The position numbers and the translations under genes were made by a program. Positions 41,284 through 49,434 of a stretch of DNA of 64,000 nucleotides are shown piece by piece; position 1 is the stretch's first letter; every line of letters begins with the position of its first letter. This stretch comes from SAR202 cluster bacterium (GTDB lineage: Bacteria; Chloroflexota; Dehalococcoidia; Lucifugimonadales; Australimonadaceae). The stretch spans positions 3,118 to 67,117 of the forward strand of contig VGZX01000003.1 in the NCBI GenBank assembly GCA_016872415.1, given 5' to 3'. The notes beneath the pieces were generated by a model. The model saw only the letters and a list, made by a program, of their open reading frames with translations, made no database searches and was not told the origin of the DNA.

Positions 41284-42213
41284 ATGCTTTTCCCGCCCGA
41301 CCACACGACGTGGTACCTCGAAGTCATCACGCCGGACTTGGTGCACGCCTCCGGCCTCAAGAAGATATTCCACCAGGGCCAGACGCCGTTTCAGCATGCC
41401 CAGGTGCTGGAAACCGGGTCATACGGCCGCATGCTCGTCCTCGACGGCAAGACGCAGTCGTCCGAGGCCGACGAATGGGTCTACCACGAGGGGTTGGTGC
41501 AGCCGGTGATGGTGGCCCACCCCAACCCCCGCACGGTGTTTATCGCCGGCGGCGGCGAGGGCGCGACAGCCCGCGAGGTGCTGCGCCACCGCACCGTGAC
41601 CAAGTGCGTGATGGTCGACCTCGACAAAGAGGTCGTCGACCTGTGCAAGCAATACCTGCCGAACCACCACGCCGGCGCGTTCGACGACCCGCGCCTGACG
41701 CTGCTGCACGATGACGCGCTGAAGTACCTGGAGGACACGGACGAGCATTTCGATGTCATCATCATCGACATCCCCGACCCGCTGGAGGGTGGCCCGGCGT
41801 GGCTGCTCTATACCGTCGACTTCTATAAGCTGGTGCAACGGCGGCTCAACCCCGGTGGCCTCACGGTGCTGCAGTCCGGCCCTTGCGGCCCCGTGAACTA
41901 CACCGACGTGTTCACCGCCATCCACAAGACGGTGGCGACCGCGTTCCACCACGTCCACCCGTACCGCGTCTACATGCCGGCATTCGTCAGCACCTGGGGG
42001 TTCCAGGCCGCCGGCATGGCGGATTCCCCGGACCTCGGCAAGATCAGCGCCGAGGAGATCGACCGTCGCATCGCCGAGCGCCTCGCGTCGCCGCTGCGCT
42101 ACTACGACGGCATCGCGCACCACGGCCTGCTGGGCTTGCCCAAATACGTCCGCGATGGGATGAAGGCGGAGACGCGCGTGATCACGCGCGATAATCCCAT
42201 TTTCTTCGTGTAG
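41284..42213 (+). CDS. speE: Polyamine aminopropyltransferase
   Basis: TPFQ..QV, LVLDG.TQS, YHE.LV.P, GGGEGAT.REVL, FDVII.D..DP. Confidence 0.94.
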   Translation: MLFPPDHTTWYLEVITPDLVHASGLKKIFHQGQTPFQHAQVLETGSYGRMLVLDGKTQSSEADEWVYHEGLVQPVMVAHPNPRTVFIAGGGEGATAREVLRHRTVTKCVMVDLDKEVVDLCKQYLPNHHAGAFDDPRLTLLHDDALKYLEDTDEHFDVIIIDIPDPLEGGPAWLLYTVDFYKLVQRRLNPGGLTVLQSGPCGPVNYTDVFTAIHKTVATAFHHVHPYRVYMPAFVSTWGFQAAGMADSPDLGKISAEEIDRRIAERLASPLRYYDGIAHHGLLGLPKYVRDGMKAETRVITRDNPIFFV

Positions 42214-42326
42214 TTTCACCATAACGGCCAGCCAAGTTCATTGCCCGCCGTCTTCGCGGACGGCTATAGTCTCAGCCTGTGGCCGCGACACGCTCGCGGC
42301 CAACGCGCCCCCAGGAGACCGGGCAC

Positions 42327-42869
42327 ATGAACTGGGTCGACATCGTCATCATCGTCGTCATCGCCATCTCCGCCTTCTTCGGCTGGCGCAACGGCGTCAT
42401 CCGGTGGGCGGTGACCCTCGTGGGGCTGCTCCTTGGCGTCATCGCCGCCAGCCGCCTATACACCGCCGCCGCCGACCTGATGACCTTCATCGAGAGCGAG
42501 TCGATTCAGAAGGCCGCCGGCTTCGCCGCCGTGTTCCTGCTCGTCTTCGTCGGCGCCTGGCTGGTTGGCCGCGCCGTGAAGACGGTGCTCAACGTGCTGA
42601 TGCTCGGCTGGGTCGACCATGCGGCCGGGCTGGCGGTCGGCGTGCTCACGGGCGCGCTGGCGGCCACGGCCTTGGTCACGGCGTTCGGGCTCGTGCCGCT
42701 TTCCTCCATGGAGAAGGCCGTGCAGGCGTCGACGCTCGCCGGCCCGCTCGCCGAGCGGACGGGGTTCATCACCGCGCTCATGCCGAAGGAGTTCCAGCGC
42801 GTGAAGGACCTCCTGCAACAGGGCAAGGACCTGATCGACGATAAGGTCGGCGGGCTCACGTCAGGCTAA
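42327..42869 (+). CDS. CvpA (colicin V production) family membrane protein
   Basis: MNWVDIVII, G..NG, LGWVDH.AG...G, S.LA; AGGAG RBS. Confidence 0.88.
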   Translation: MNWVDIVIIVVIAISAFFGWRNGVIRWAVTLVGLLLGVIAASRLYTAAADLMTFIESESIQKAAGFAAVFLLVFVGAWLVGRAVKTVLNVLMLGWVDHAAGLAVGVLTGALAATALVTAFGLVPLSSMEKAVQASTLAGPLAERTGFITALMPKEFQRVKDLLQQGKDLIDDKVGGLTSG

Positions 42870-42946
42870 ACCAAGGGCCGTCGCACGGGATTCGCGTTGC
42901 GCCGGCGATTCGCTTCGGCCTATGATGGTCGCGACGAAGCCACCGG

Positions 42947-43549
42947 TTGTTGGATAGCAACGTGAGCCTACCTGTCTTGGTACTCAACCAGAACTATGAG
43001 CCGCTGAGCATCTGCGGAGTCCGTCGGGCCGTGGTGTTGCTCATGCGCGACAAGGCACGGTTGCTGGAGAACGGCCGGGGCGAACTCCGCACCGCCGGCT
43101 CCGCGTTTCCGATCCCCACCGTCATCCGTCTCGTAAGCATGGTGCGACGGCCGGTGTTCAACCGGCGCATGTCGCGCCGCGAGGTGTTCCTCCGCGACGG
43201 CTACACCTGCCAGTATTGCGGGAGGCAAGGACGCGACCTCACGCTCGACCATGTGATGCCGCGCGTGCGAGGCGGCCCGCACACCTGGGAGAATGTCGTG
43301 GCGGCCTGCGTCACGTGCAATCATCGTAAGGCGGGCAGGACCCCGAAAGAGGCCGGGATGAGGCTGAGACGGGAACCGCAAGCGCCGCGATTGAACCCCT
43401 ATGCCCATTTCATGCACCGGCAACTGCCCGACGAGTGGCGTCCTTACATCCCCTGGCTCGACAAGCTCGGCACCGCGCCCCACGTGATTTCACTCTCCGC
43501 CGCCTCCTCCAACAACGGCTCCACCATCGTCACCGCCGCCTCCGCCTAA
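42947..43549 (+). CDS. Standalone HNH endonuclease (McrA-like)
   Basis: VLVLNQNYEPL, RDGYTCQYCG, LTLDHVMP...GG..TWEN.V.AC..CN..K. Confidence 0.92.
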   Translation: MLDSNVSLPVLVLNQNYEPLSICGVRRAVVLLMRDKARLLENGRGELRTAGSAFPIPTVIRLVSMVRRPVFNRRMSRREVFLRDGYTCQYCGRQGRDLTLDHVMPRVRGGPHTWENVVAACVTCNHRKAGRTPKEAGMRLRREPQAPRLNPYAHFMHRQLPDEWRPYIPWLDKLGTAPHVISLSAASSNNGSTIVTAASA

Positions 43550-43588
43550 CGCGTCGTTGCCTGCCCGTGAACCGGCCGCCGTCGGGCG

Positions 43589-44023
43589 TCACGCGAAGAA
43601 GAAATCGCCGATGTAGCCATCGCGATCGGACAGCGGCGGCACGAAGTAGTACCCACCCGCGACCGCCGTGTAGAAACGTTCGATCGCGTCCTTCCCCACG
43701 TGCCGCCCATTCGTCGCCGGGCTCACCATCTGGTTCTTCACCGCCTCATACTGCGCCGGGTCGCGCACGAAGCACACGAACAGCAGCCCCGCCTCGCGCT
43801 CGTCGGCATAGGGAAAGCTGCGCCGCAGCATCTCGACCTCGGTGCCGTCCGCCATCGTGACGCTGCTCTTTTCCTTGTGACTGTCGAGCGGCGCGCCCTC
43901 GCCCCCGCCGATGTCGAGCGGCGCGCTGTCGGCCTTGCGCCGGCCGACGACCCGCTCCTGCTCGTCCACCGGCAATCGCTCCCACTCGGCCAAGTCTTCT
44001 CGGATCTTACGGAAGACGAGGGA
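43589..44023 (-). pseudogene. Dyp-type peroxidase, C-terminal half only
   Basis: SLVFRKIREDLAEW...QERVVGRRK, DSH (proximal His), MLRRSFPY, GLLFVCF, GGYYFVPP. An in-frame TAG (the upstream gene's stop) lies 8 codons before LVFRK, so no N-terminal domain is encoded. Confidence 0.7.
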
Positions 44024-44044
44024 AGCGCGTCGATGGCGCCGGGC

Positions 44045-44886
44045 CTACTCCGGGCGAACGTCGGCGCACGGGAGCTCGATAGTGCGCATCGCATCTTCCG
44101 GCGAGCGACGGTCGAGCAGCACCGACACGGTGCCCTTCAGCGGGTGGCCGACGATCACTTTACCGTGGCCTTCGGCCGTCGTCACGCGCGAGCCGATCTT
44201 GGGCAGCTGCTTGTTCATCTCGCGGTAGGTTTCGTGCTCATAGCACAGGCAGCACTTCAGCTTGCCGCACATGCCCGCGAGATGCTCGGCGCTGACGGGA
44301 AGCGATTGCTCCTTCGCCATGCGGACCGAGATCGCCTCGAACTTCGTGAGCCAGGTGGAACAGCACAATGTTTGGCCGCAACGCCCAATGCCGCCGACGT
44401 TCTTGGCTTCGTCGCGCGCGCCGATTTGCCGCAGCTCGATGCGCGCCTGCAGCGACGCGCCCAGCCTGCGGAGCAGCTCGCGGAAGTCCACGCGCTCGGG
44501 CGCCGTGAACTCCAGCAGCAGCTTGCGTCCGTCCAGGCTGTAGCGGGCGTAACTGAACTTCATGGGCAGGCCGAGCTGCTTCGCCTTGATCTTGGCGAGC
44601 ACCAAGGCCTCCTTCTCGTGGAGGTCCAGCCCCTTCCGGTGCGCCAAATCCTCGTCGGTGGCAAGGCGCAGCACCGGCAGCAGCGGCAGCATCGAGTCGC
44701 GGTGCACCAGCAGCCGCGGCTCCAGAATCACGGGGCCCACGTCCAAGCCGTGCGCCGTTTCGACGACGACCGCCGCGCCGGCGGGGAACTCCTGGTCGCC
44801 GGATCGCAATACGTCGCCTCGTGCCTCGCCCGCTGCCGGACGCCGACGACTCGGGTCGCGGTCCGAGAAACGCCCTGTGCCAACAT
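44045..44886 (-). pseudogene. PSP1/RicT(YaaT)-family protein, frameshifted near 44800
   Basis: ATG 44886 gives ..VVGVRQRARHEATYCDP; the next frame continues GDQEFPAGAAVVVET...RVDFRELL...IELRQIGARDEAK..GG.GRCG..LCC...GMCGKLKCCL.YE. Span of 842 nt is 3n+2; follows holB, the usual gene order. Confidence 0.8.
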
Positions 44887-44997
44887 GAACACGCTCCCGC
44901 GTGAAAATAGGCCGTGGCCCGGCACCATCCCATACTACGCGGCACCCGTGAACTCGCCGTGCAAAAAGCCGCGACGCGGGTGTAGAAGCCGTGAACG

Positions 44998-46026
44998 TCA
45001 GGCGGAAGCCGCCGGTGCCACGGCGGGCGCCTCGAGGAGCATCACTTCGAGCGCGAGCCGAGTGTTGACATTGCGGTCGACGTCTTCGAGCACTTCGAGC
45101 ACGCCATGGAGCCACCGGACGACCTGCGCCGGCGTGAAGGCGGCCGCCTGGCGAGCCAGCGTGTCGCGCCAGGTCAGGTGGGCGATCCCGTCGCCACGGT
45201 CTTGCTGCGTCAGCATGATGTCGCGCAGCCATCGCAGCCACAGGTAGAGCTCGTCGCGGCCGGCGGCGCGGTCGCGTTGGAACCGCCGCGCCAGTTCGTC
45301 GGCATAGGCGAACCGCGTCTCCAGGTCTCCCTCCACGATGTCGGCGATCTTCTCCAGCCGTTGCTGCATCGCCGCGAGCAATGCCGAGCCTTGCGACGCC
45401 TCGATCGCCCAGCCGATGCAGCCGCGCGACAGCCGCGCCAACGACTCCGCATGCTCGGCGTCGACGTGGTGCTCCTCGCGCAGCACCCGCGCGACCTCGG
45501 CCACGGGCAGCGGCTTCAGATCGACGAGCGCGCACCGCGAGCGGACGGTCGGCAGCACGTTTGGCGCGTCGGTCGACAGGAGCAAGAAGAGCACGTCGGG
45601 CGGCGGCTCCTCCAGCAGCTTGAGCAGCGCGTTCGCCGCGTCGGCGCTCATGCGGTCGGCATCCTGCACGATGAAGACGTGCCGCTTGCCCTCGTAGGGA
45701 CGCAGGTGGGCGGCCCCGATGGCGTCGTGCACCGCGTCGATGCCAATCTGCGTCCTGGGGCCCTTGCCGTCCTCGCCTCCGGTGGGGTCGACGGCGATGA
45801 CGCGCACGTCGGCATGCTGCCCGGAGGCCACGCGCCGGCACGGCTTGCACGTGCCGCACGGGGGGTCGACGCCCTCGCACTCGGCGGCGGCGGCCAGCTG
45901 CAAGGCGAGCGTCATCTTGCCGACATGCGCGGGCCCGGCCAGCAGATAGGCGTGGTGCAGGCGCCCCTCGCGAAGGCTGCGCTCGAAATACCGCACGGCG
46001 AGCGCGTGTCCGTGAACGCGGAACAT
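44998..46026 (-). CDS. holB: DNA polymerase III delta' subunit
   Basis: HAYLLAGP..VGK, CG.C..C...H.DV, AANALLKLLEEPP, LPTVRSRC. Confidence 0.95.
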   Translation of the reverse strand: MFRVHGHALAVRYFERSLREGRLHHAYLLAGPAHVGKMTLALQLAAAAECEGVDPPCGTCKPCRRVASGQHADVRVIAVDPTGGEDGKGPRTQIGIDAVHDAIGAAHLRPYEGKRHVFIVQDADRMSADAANALLKLLEEPPPDVLFLLLSTDAPNVLPTVRSRCALVDLKPLPVAEVARVLREEHHVDAEHAESLARLSRGCIGWAIEASQGSALLAAMQQRLEKIADIVEGDLETRFAYADELARRFQRDRAAGRDELYLWLRWLRDIMLTQQDRGDGIAHLTWRDTLARQAAAFTPAQVVRWLHGVLEVLEDVDRNVNTRLALEVMLLEAPAVAPAASA

Positions 46027-46029
46027 GGG

Positions 46030-47352
46030 CTACAGCACGTCACCGATCATGAGGTCGGCGTAGCTTTCGCGCCGGCGGATGAGCCGCGCGTTGCCATCGG
46101 CCACGACCACGATCGGCGGGCGCCCGTTCAGGTTGTAATTGCTCGCCATCGACGGCGCGTAGGCGCCGGACGCGGGAATCGCGATCAGGTCGCCGGCTTG
46201 CACCGGCGCGAGCTTCGCGTCCCGTATCAGCACGTCTCCTGATTCGCAGTATTTACCCGCGATCGTCACCGTCGTCGAAGGCGCTTCGGCGGCGCGGTTC
46301 GCGACGGTCGCCACGTACTTCGAGCCGTAGATCGCCGGCCGGATGTTATCGCCCATGCCGCCGTCCACCGCGACGTAGGTGCGGATGCCGGGCACCTCCT
46401 TGGTGGCGCCCACGGTATACAGCGCGACGCCGGCCCGGCCCGCGATCGCGCGCCCCGGCTCGACGATCAGCTCCGGGTCGGGCAGATCGTAGTCGCTGAG
46501 CCCCTGCCGGAACGCGTCCACGATCACTTCGGCGTAGGCCTCGGGCGCTGGCGGGTGGTCCGCCTCGGTGTAGGCGATGGCGAACCCGCCGCCGGGGCTG
46601 AAGCGGCGCAGCTGCAACCCCTCCTCGCGCATCTTCGACGCGAACCGGAGCACGACGCCGATGGCCTCGGCATACGGCTCCAGCTCGAAGATGGGCGAAC
46701 CGAGGTGGAAGTGCAGCCCTTGCAATTCCAGGTTCTTCGAGGCGATGGCCCGGCGCACGGCTTCCGCGGCTTGCCCCGTCTCGATGGGGAACCCGAACTT
46801 GCTGTCGAGGATGCCTGTCGTGGTGTGCGCGTGTGTGTGGGGGTCGACGCTCGGCGACACGCGTACTAGTATGTTCTGTTTGCGCTCCTCGCGCGCGGCG
46901 ATGCCGTCCAGCAGGTCCAGCTCGTGGAAGCTATCGACGACGATATGGCCGATGCCCGCCGCCACCGCCTCGTGGAGCTCTTGCGGTGTCTTGTTGTTGC
47001 CGTGGAAGAACAGCTTGGCCGGCTCCACGCCGGCGGCACGCACCACCGCCACCTCGCCACCCGAAACGACGTCGAACCCCAGGCCGTAGCCCGCCAGCAG
47101 CCGCGCGAGGCCGACGTTGATGAACGCCTTGCTCGCATACACCACCTGCGTGCGCTGGTAGCGCGACCGGAACGCGTCGATGAACCCGCGCGCCATGAGC
47201 TTCAGTGTCGCCTCGTCGTAAATGTAAAGCGGCGTGCTAAACTGTTGAGCCAGCGCGACCGTGTCGCACCCGCCGATGACGAGGTGGCCCTTGGTGTTGA
47301 TCGTCGCGGTGACCGGGTAGATCTTAGTCTGCGCTGGCGCCACGGTTGTCAC
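46030..47352 (-). CDS. lysA: Diaminopimelate decarboxylase
   Basis: TPLYIYDE, YASKAF (PLP Lys), DVVSGGE, FHGNNK, HFHLGS, EPGR, GKYCESGD, GAY..SMASNYN. GTG 47352 with GGGAG RBS (the ORF track starts at 47394). Confidence 0.96.
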   Translation of the reverse strand: MTTVAPAQTKIYPVTATINTKGHLVIGGCDTVALAQQFSTPLYIYDEATLKLMARGFIDAFRSRYQRTQVVYASKAFINVGLARLLAGYGLGFDVVSGGEVAVVRAAGVEPAKLFFHGNNKTPQELHEAVAAGIGHIVVDSFHELDLLDGIAAREERKQNILVRVSPSVDPHTHAHTTTGILDSKFGFPIETGQAAEAVRRAIASKNLELQGLHFHLGSPIFELEPYAEAIGVVLRFASKMREEGLQLRRFSPGGGFAIAYTEADHPPAPEAYAEVIVDAFRQGLSDYDLPDPELIVEPGRAIAGRAGVALYTVGATKEVPGIRTYVAVDGGMGDNIRPAIYGSKYVATVANRAAEAPSTTVTIAGKYCESGDVLIRDAKLAPVQAGDLIAIPASGAYAPSMASNYNLNGRPPIVVVADGNARLIRRRESYADLMIGDVL

Positions 47353-47412
47353 GGCCGCACTCCCATTCGAAGGATAGCGGGCGAAGGATAGCACGGGGCG
47401 CCACGTCGCCGC

Positions 47413-48240
47413 CTACGCCAGGACATAGCCGTCATCCGTTGCCTTCGCGCGCCGCTCGCGCACCAGCTTGGCGAGCCCGCTTTGCACCTGCGCCTCCGCC
47501 AGCGGCACGCGCGCCGCCGACAGCTCGCCATAGATGCGCTCCCGCAGGCCCGGCACGCTCGCCGGCCCCGACGCCAGCGCCGCCAGCAGCTGCTCCTCGC
47601 GCTCCTGACGGTGGCGCATCAGCGTCCGAATCCGCGCTTCCGGGTCCCGCACGGCGGGGCCGTGGCCGGCATAGAGCGTCTTCGCTCCGATGGCGAGCAG
47701 CGCGTCGAGCGCCTCGGCATACTGCCCAAGGTCGCCCTCGTTGGGGCGCACGACGGTCGTGGATATGCCCATTACCGTGTCGGTGGTGAACAGCGCGCCA
47801 CGCTCCGGAAGGTAGGCGGCCAGGCAGCCGGCCGTGTGTCCCGGCGTGAACAGCACATGGAGCGTGAGCCCGCCGAGGGGGATGCTGTCGCCCTCCTTCA
47901 ACAGCAGGTCCACCTCGCCGCGCCCGGCGAACCGTTCCCTCTCGATGGCGTCCTTGTCGAGGGCGTGCGCCGCGATGGGCGATCCGGTGGCCGCGCGCAT
48001 GCGGAGCGCGCCGCCGGCATGGTCGGCGTGCCGGTGCGTCACCAGCAATTGAGCGACAGGCGGCGCCCCCACCTGCCGCATGTAGGCCATGCGGGCCTGG
48101 TGGTCGCGCTCGTCGTCCCAGCCCGCGTCGATCAGCACCGAGACCCTCGTGCCGCAAACGAGGAATGCGTTCGGCGACGGAAACCCGGCGAACGGCTCGC
48201 GGCCAAAGGTGAGTTGATGGATGCCCGGTTCCAGTTCCAT
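47413..48240 (-). CDS. MBL-fold metallo-hydrolase (LACTB2-like, C-terminal winged helix)
   Basis: THRHADH, TPGHT, FTTD, AGHG; C-terminal IY.......LA...V...L.KL. Confidence 0.88.
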   Translation of the reverse strand: MELEPGIHQLTFGREPFAGFPSPNAFLVCGTRVSVLIDAGWDDERDHQARMAYMRQVGAPPVAQLLVTHRHADHAGGALRMRAATGSPIAAHALDKDAIERERFAGRGEVDLLLKEGDSIPLGGLTLHVLFTPGHTAGCLAAYLPERGALFTTDTVMGISTTVVRPNEGDLGQYAEALDALLAIGAKTLYAGHGPAVRDPEARIRTLMRHRQEREEQLLAALASGPASVPGLRERIYGELSAARVPLAEAQVQSGLAKLVRERRAKATDDGYVLA

Positions 48241-48317
48241 GGCCTGCCTTTTAGTGGGTTACGCGGATTGTAACTCCACCGGTCTATACTCCGATGCAAA
48301 CACCCGGGAGGCGAGCC

Positions 48318-48959
48318 ATGGCGCTGGTGTTCGATGGCCCATTCCAACTCTTCAAGGTCGCCGGCATGGGGCCTTACGACAACAACGGCTACGTCATCAC
48401 CGACCCCAAGAGCCGCGAGGCTTACATCGTCGACGCGCCCGCCGAGTTCGAGCGGCTGCTCGCGGAGGCGCGCGACTTCCGCGTGAAGGGCGTGCTCGTC
48501 ACGCACACGCATCCCGACCATATCGCCGGATACGCGGACCTCAAACGTCTCACCGACCTGCCGGTCGGCGTGCATCCCGCCGACGAGCCGCGGCTGCCAG
48601 GCAAGCCGGAATTCACGCTGGAGCACGACGACGACCTGCGCCTTGGCGCGTTGCGCGTGCGCGTGATCCACACGCCGGGCCACACTCCCGGAGGTGTCTG
48701 CCTCCATGTCGGCGATTGTCTCGTGTCCGGCGATACGCTGTTTCCTGGCGGGCCCGGCATGACGCGCGGCCCCGAGGCATTCCACCAGGTCGTCGACAGC
48801 ATCACGACGCGCCTCTACACCCTGGCCGACGGCACGCGCGTGCTGCCGGGCCACGGCGGCGACACGACCATCGGCGAGAGCAAGCGGGAATACGCCGTCT
48901 TCGCGGCCAAGCGACGGTCCGAGGACGTATCCGGTCACGTGAACTGGTTGCGAACGTAG
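48318..48959 (+). CDS. MBL-fold metallo-hydrolase (glyoxalase II-like)
   Basis: THTHPDH, HTPGHTPGG, SGDTLFPGGPG, LPGHG; GGAGG RBS. Confidence 0.92.
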   Translation: MALVFDGPFQLFKVAGMGPYDNNGYVITDPKSREAYIVDAPAEFERLLAEARDFRVKGVLVTHTHPDHIAGYADLKRLTDLPVGVHPADEPRLPGKPEFTLEHDDDLRLGALRVRVIHTPGHTPGGVCLHVGDCLVSGDTLFPGGPGMTRGPEAFHQVVDSITTRLYTLADGTRVLPGHGGDTTIGESKREYAVFAAKRRSEDVSGHVNWLRT

Positions 48960-48976
48960 ATCGAAGAGGCAAGGAC

Positions 48977-49351
48977 ATGGTGAAGGTCGCCGCGTTCCGC
49001 TCATGGAATTTCAACGCCCGGGACATCGACGCGACCGTGCGCTTCTACCAGGACGTGCTGGGGGCCGACGTGAGCATGGAGCATACGATCGGCGGCGCGC
49101 GCGTGGTCCGCATGCGCGTCGGTGGTGTCGGCCTCGGCGTGTTCGACGCCACAGATGGCCCGCGCCCTGGTGTGCCGCACCACACCTTCGCGGTCGAAGG
49201 GCCGGCCGATTCGCGCGAGCTCGTGGACGAGATCGAGGCCAAGGGCTTCAAGGTCGAAAGCGTGCGCGAGCACCGGGGCGGCGCCGGCTATTCCGTCTAC
49301 GTGTCCGACCCCGCCGGCAACCGGGTCGAGCTATCCGTGGGCGAGGGGTAG
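48977..49351 (+). CDS. VOC/glyoxalase family protein
   Basis: RDIDATVRFYQDVLG, HHTFAV, YVSDPAGNRVEL. Confidence 0.85.
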   Translation: MVKVAAFRSWNFNARDIDATVRFYQDVLGADVSMEHTIGGARVVRMRVGGVGLGVFDATDGPRPGVPHHTFAVEGPADSRELVDEIEAKGFKVESVREHRGGAGYSVYVSDPAGNRVELSVGEG

Positions 49352-49434
49352 GCGCTCGCCCGCCCGCTCCCCGGCGGCGCGAGGGACGCCGTCGCCTTCA
49401 CCGTCTCGGCGCGCCCTGCTATCATCGCCGCACC

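Noticed and set aside
44045-45880. 611-aa ORF as a single protein
   Set aside because: Its N-terminal two thirds is an off-frame overlap with holB; only the last ~250 aa (RicT/PSP1) are real.
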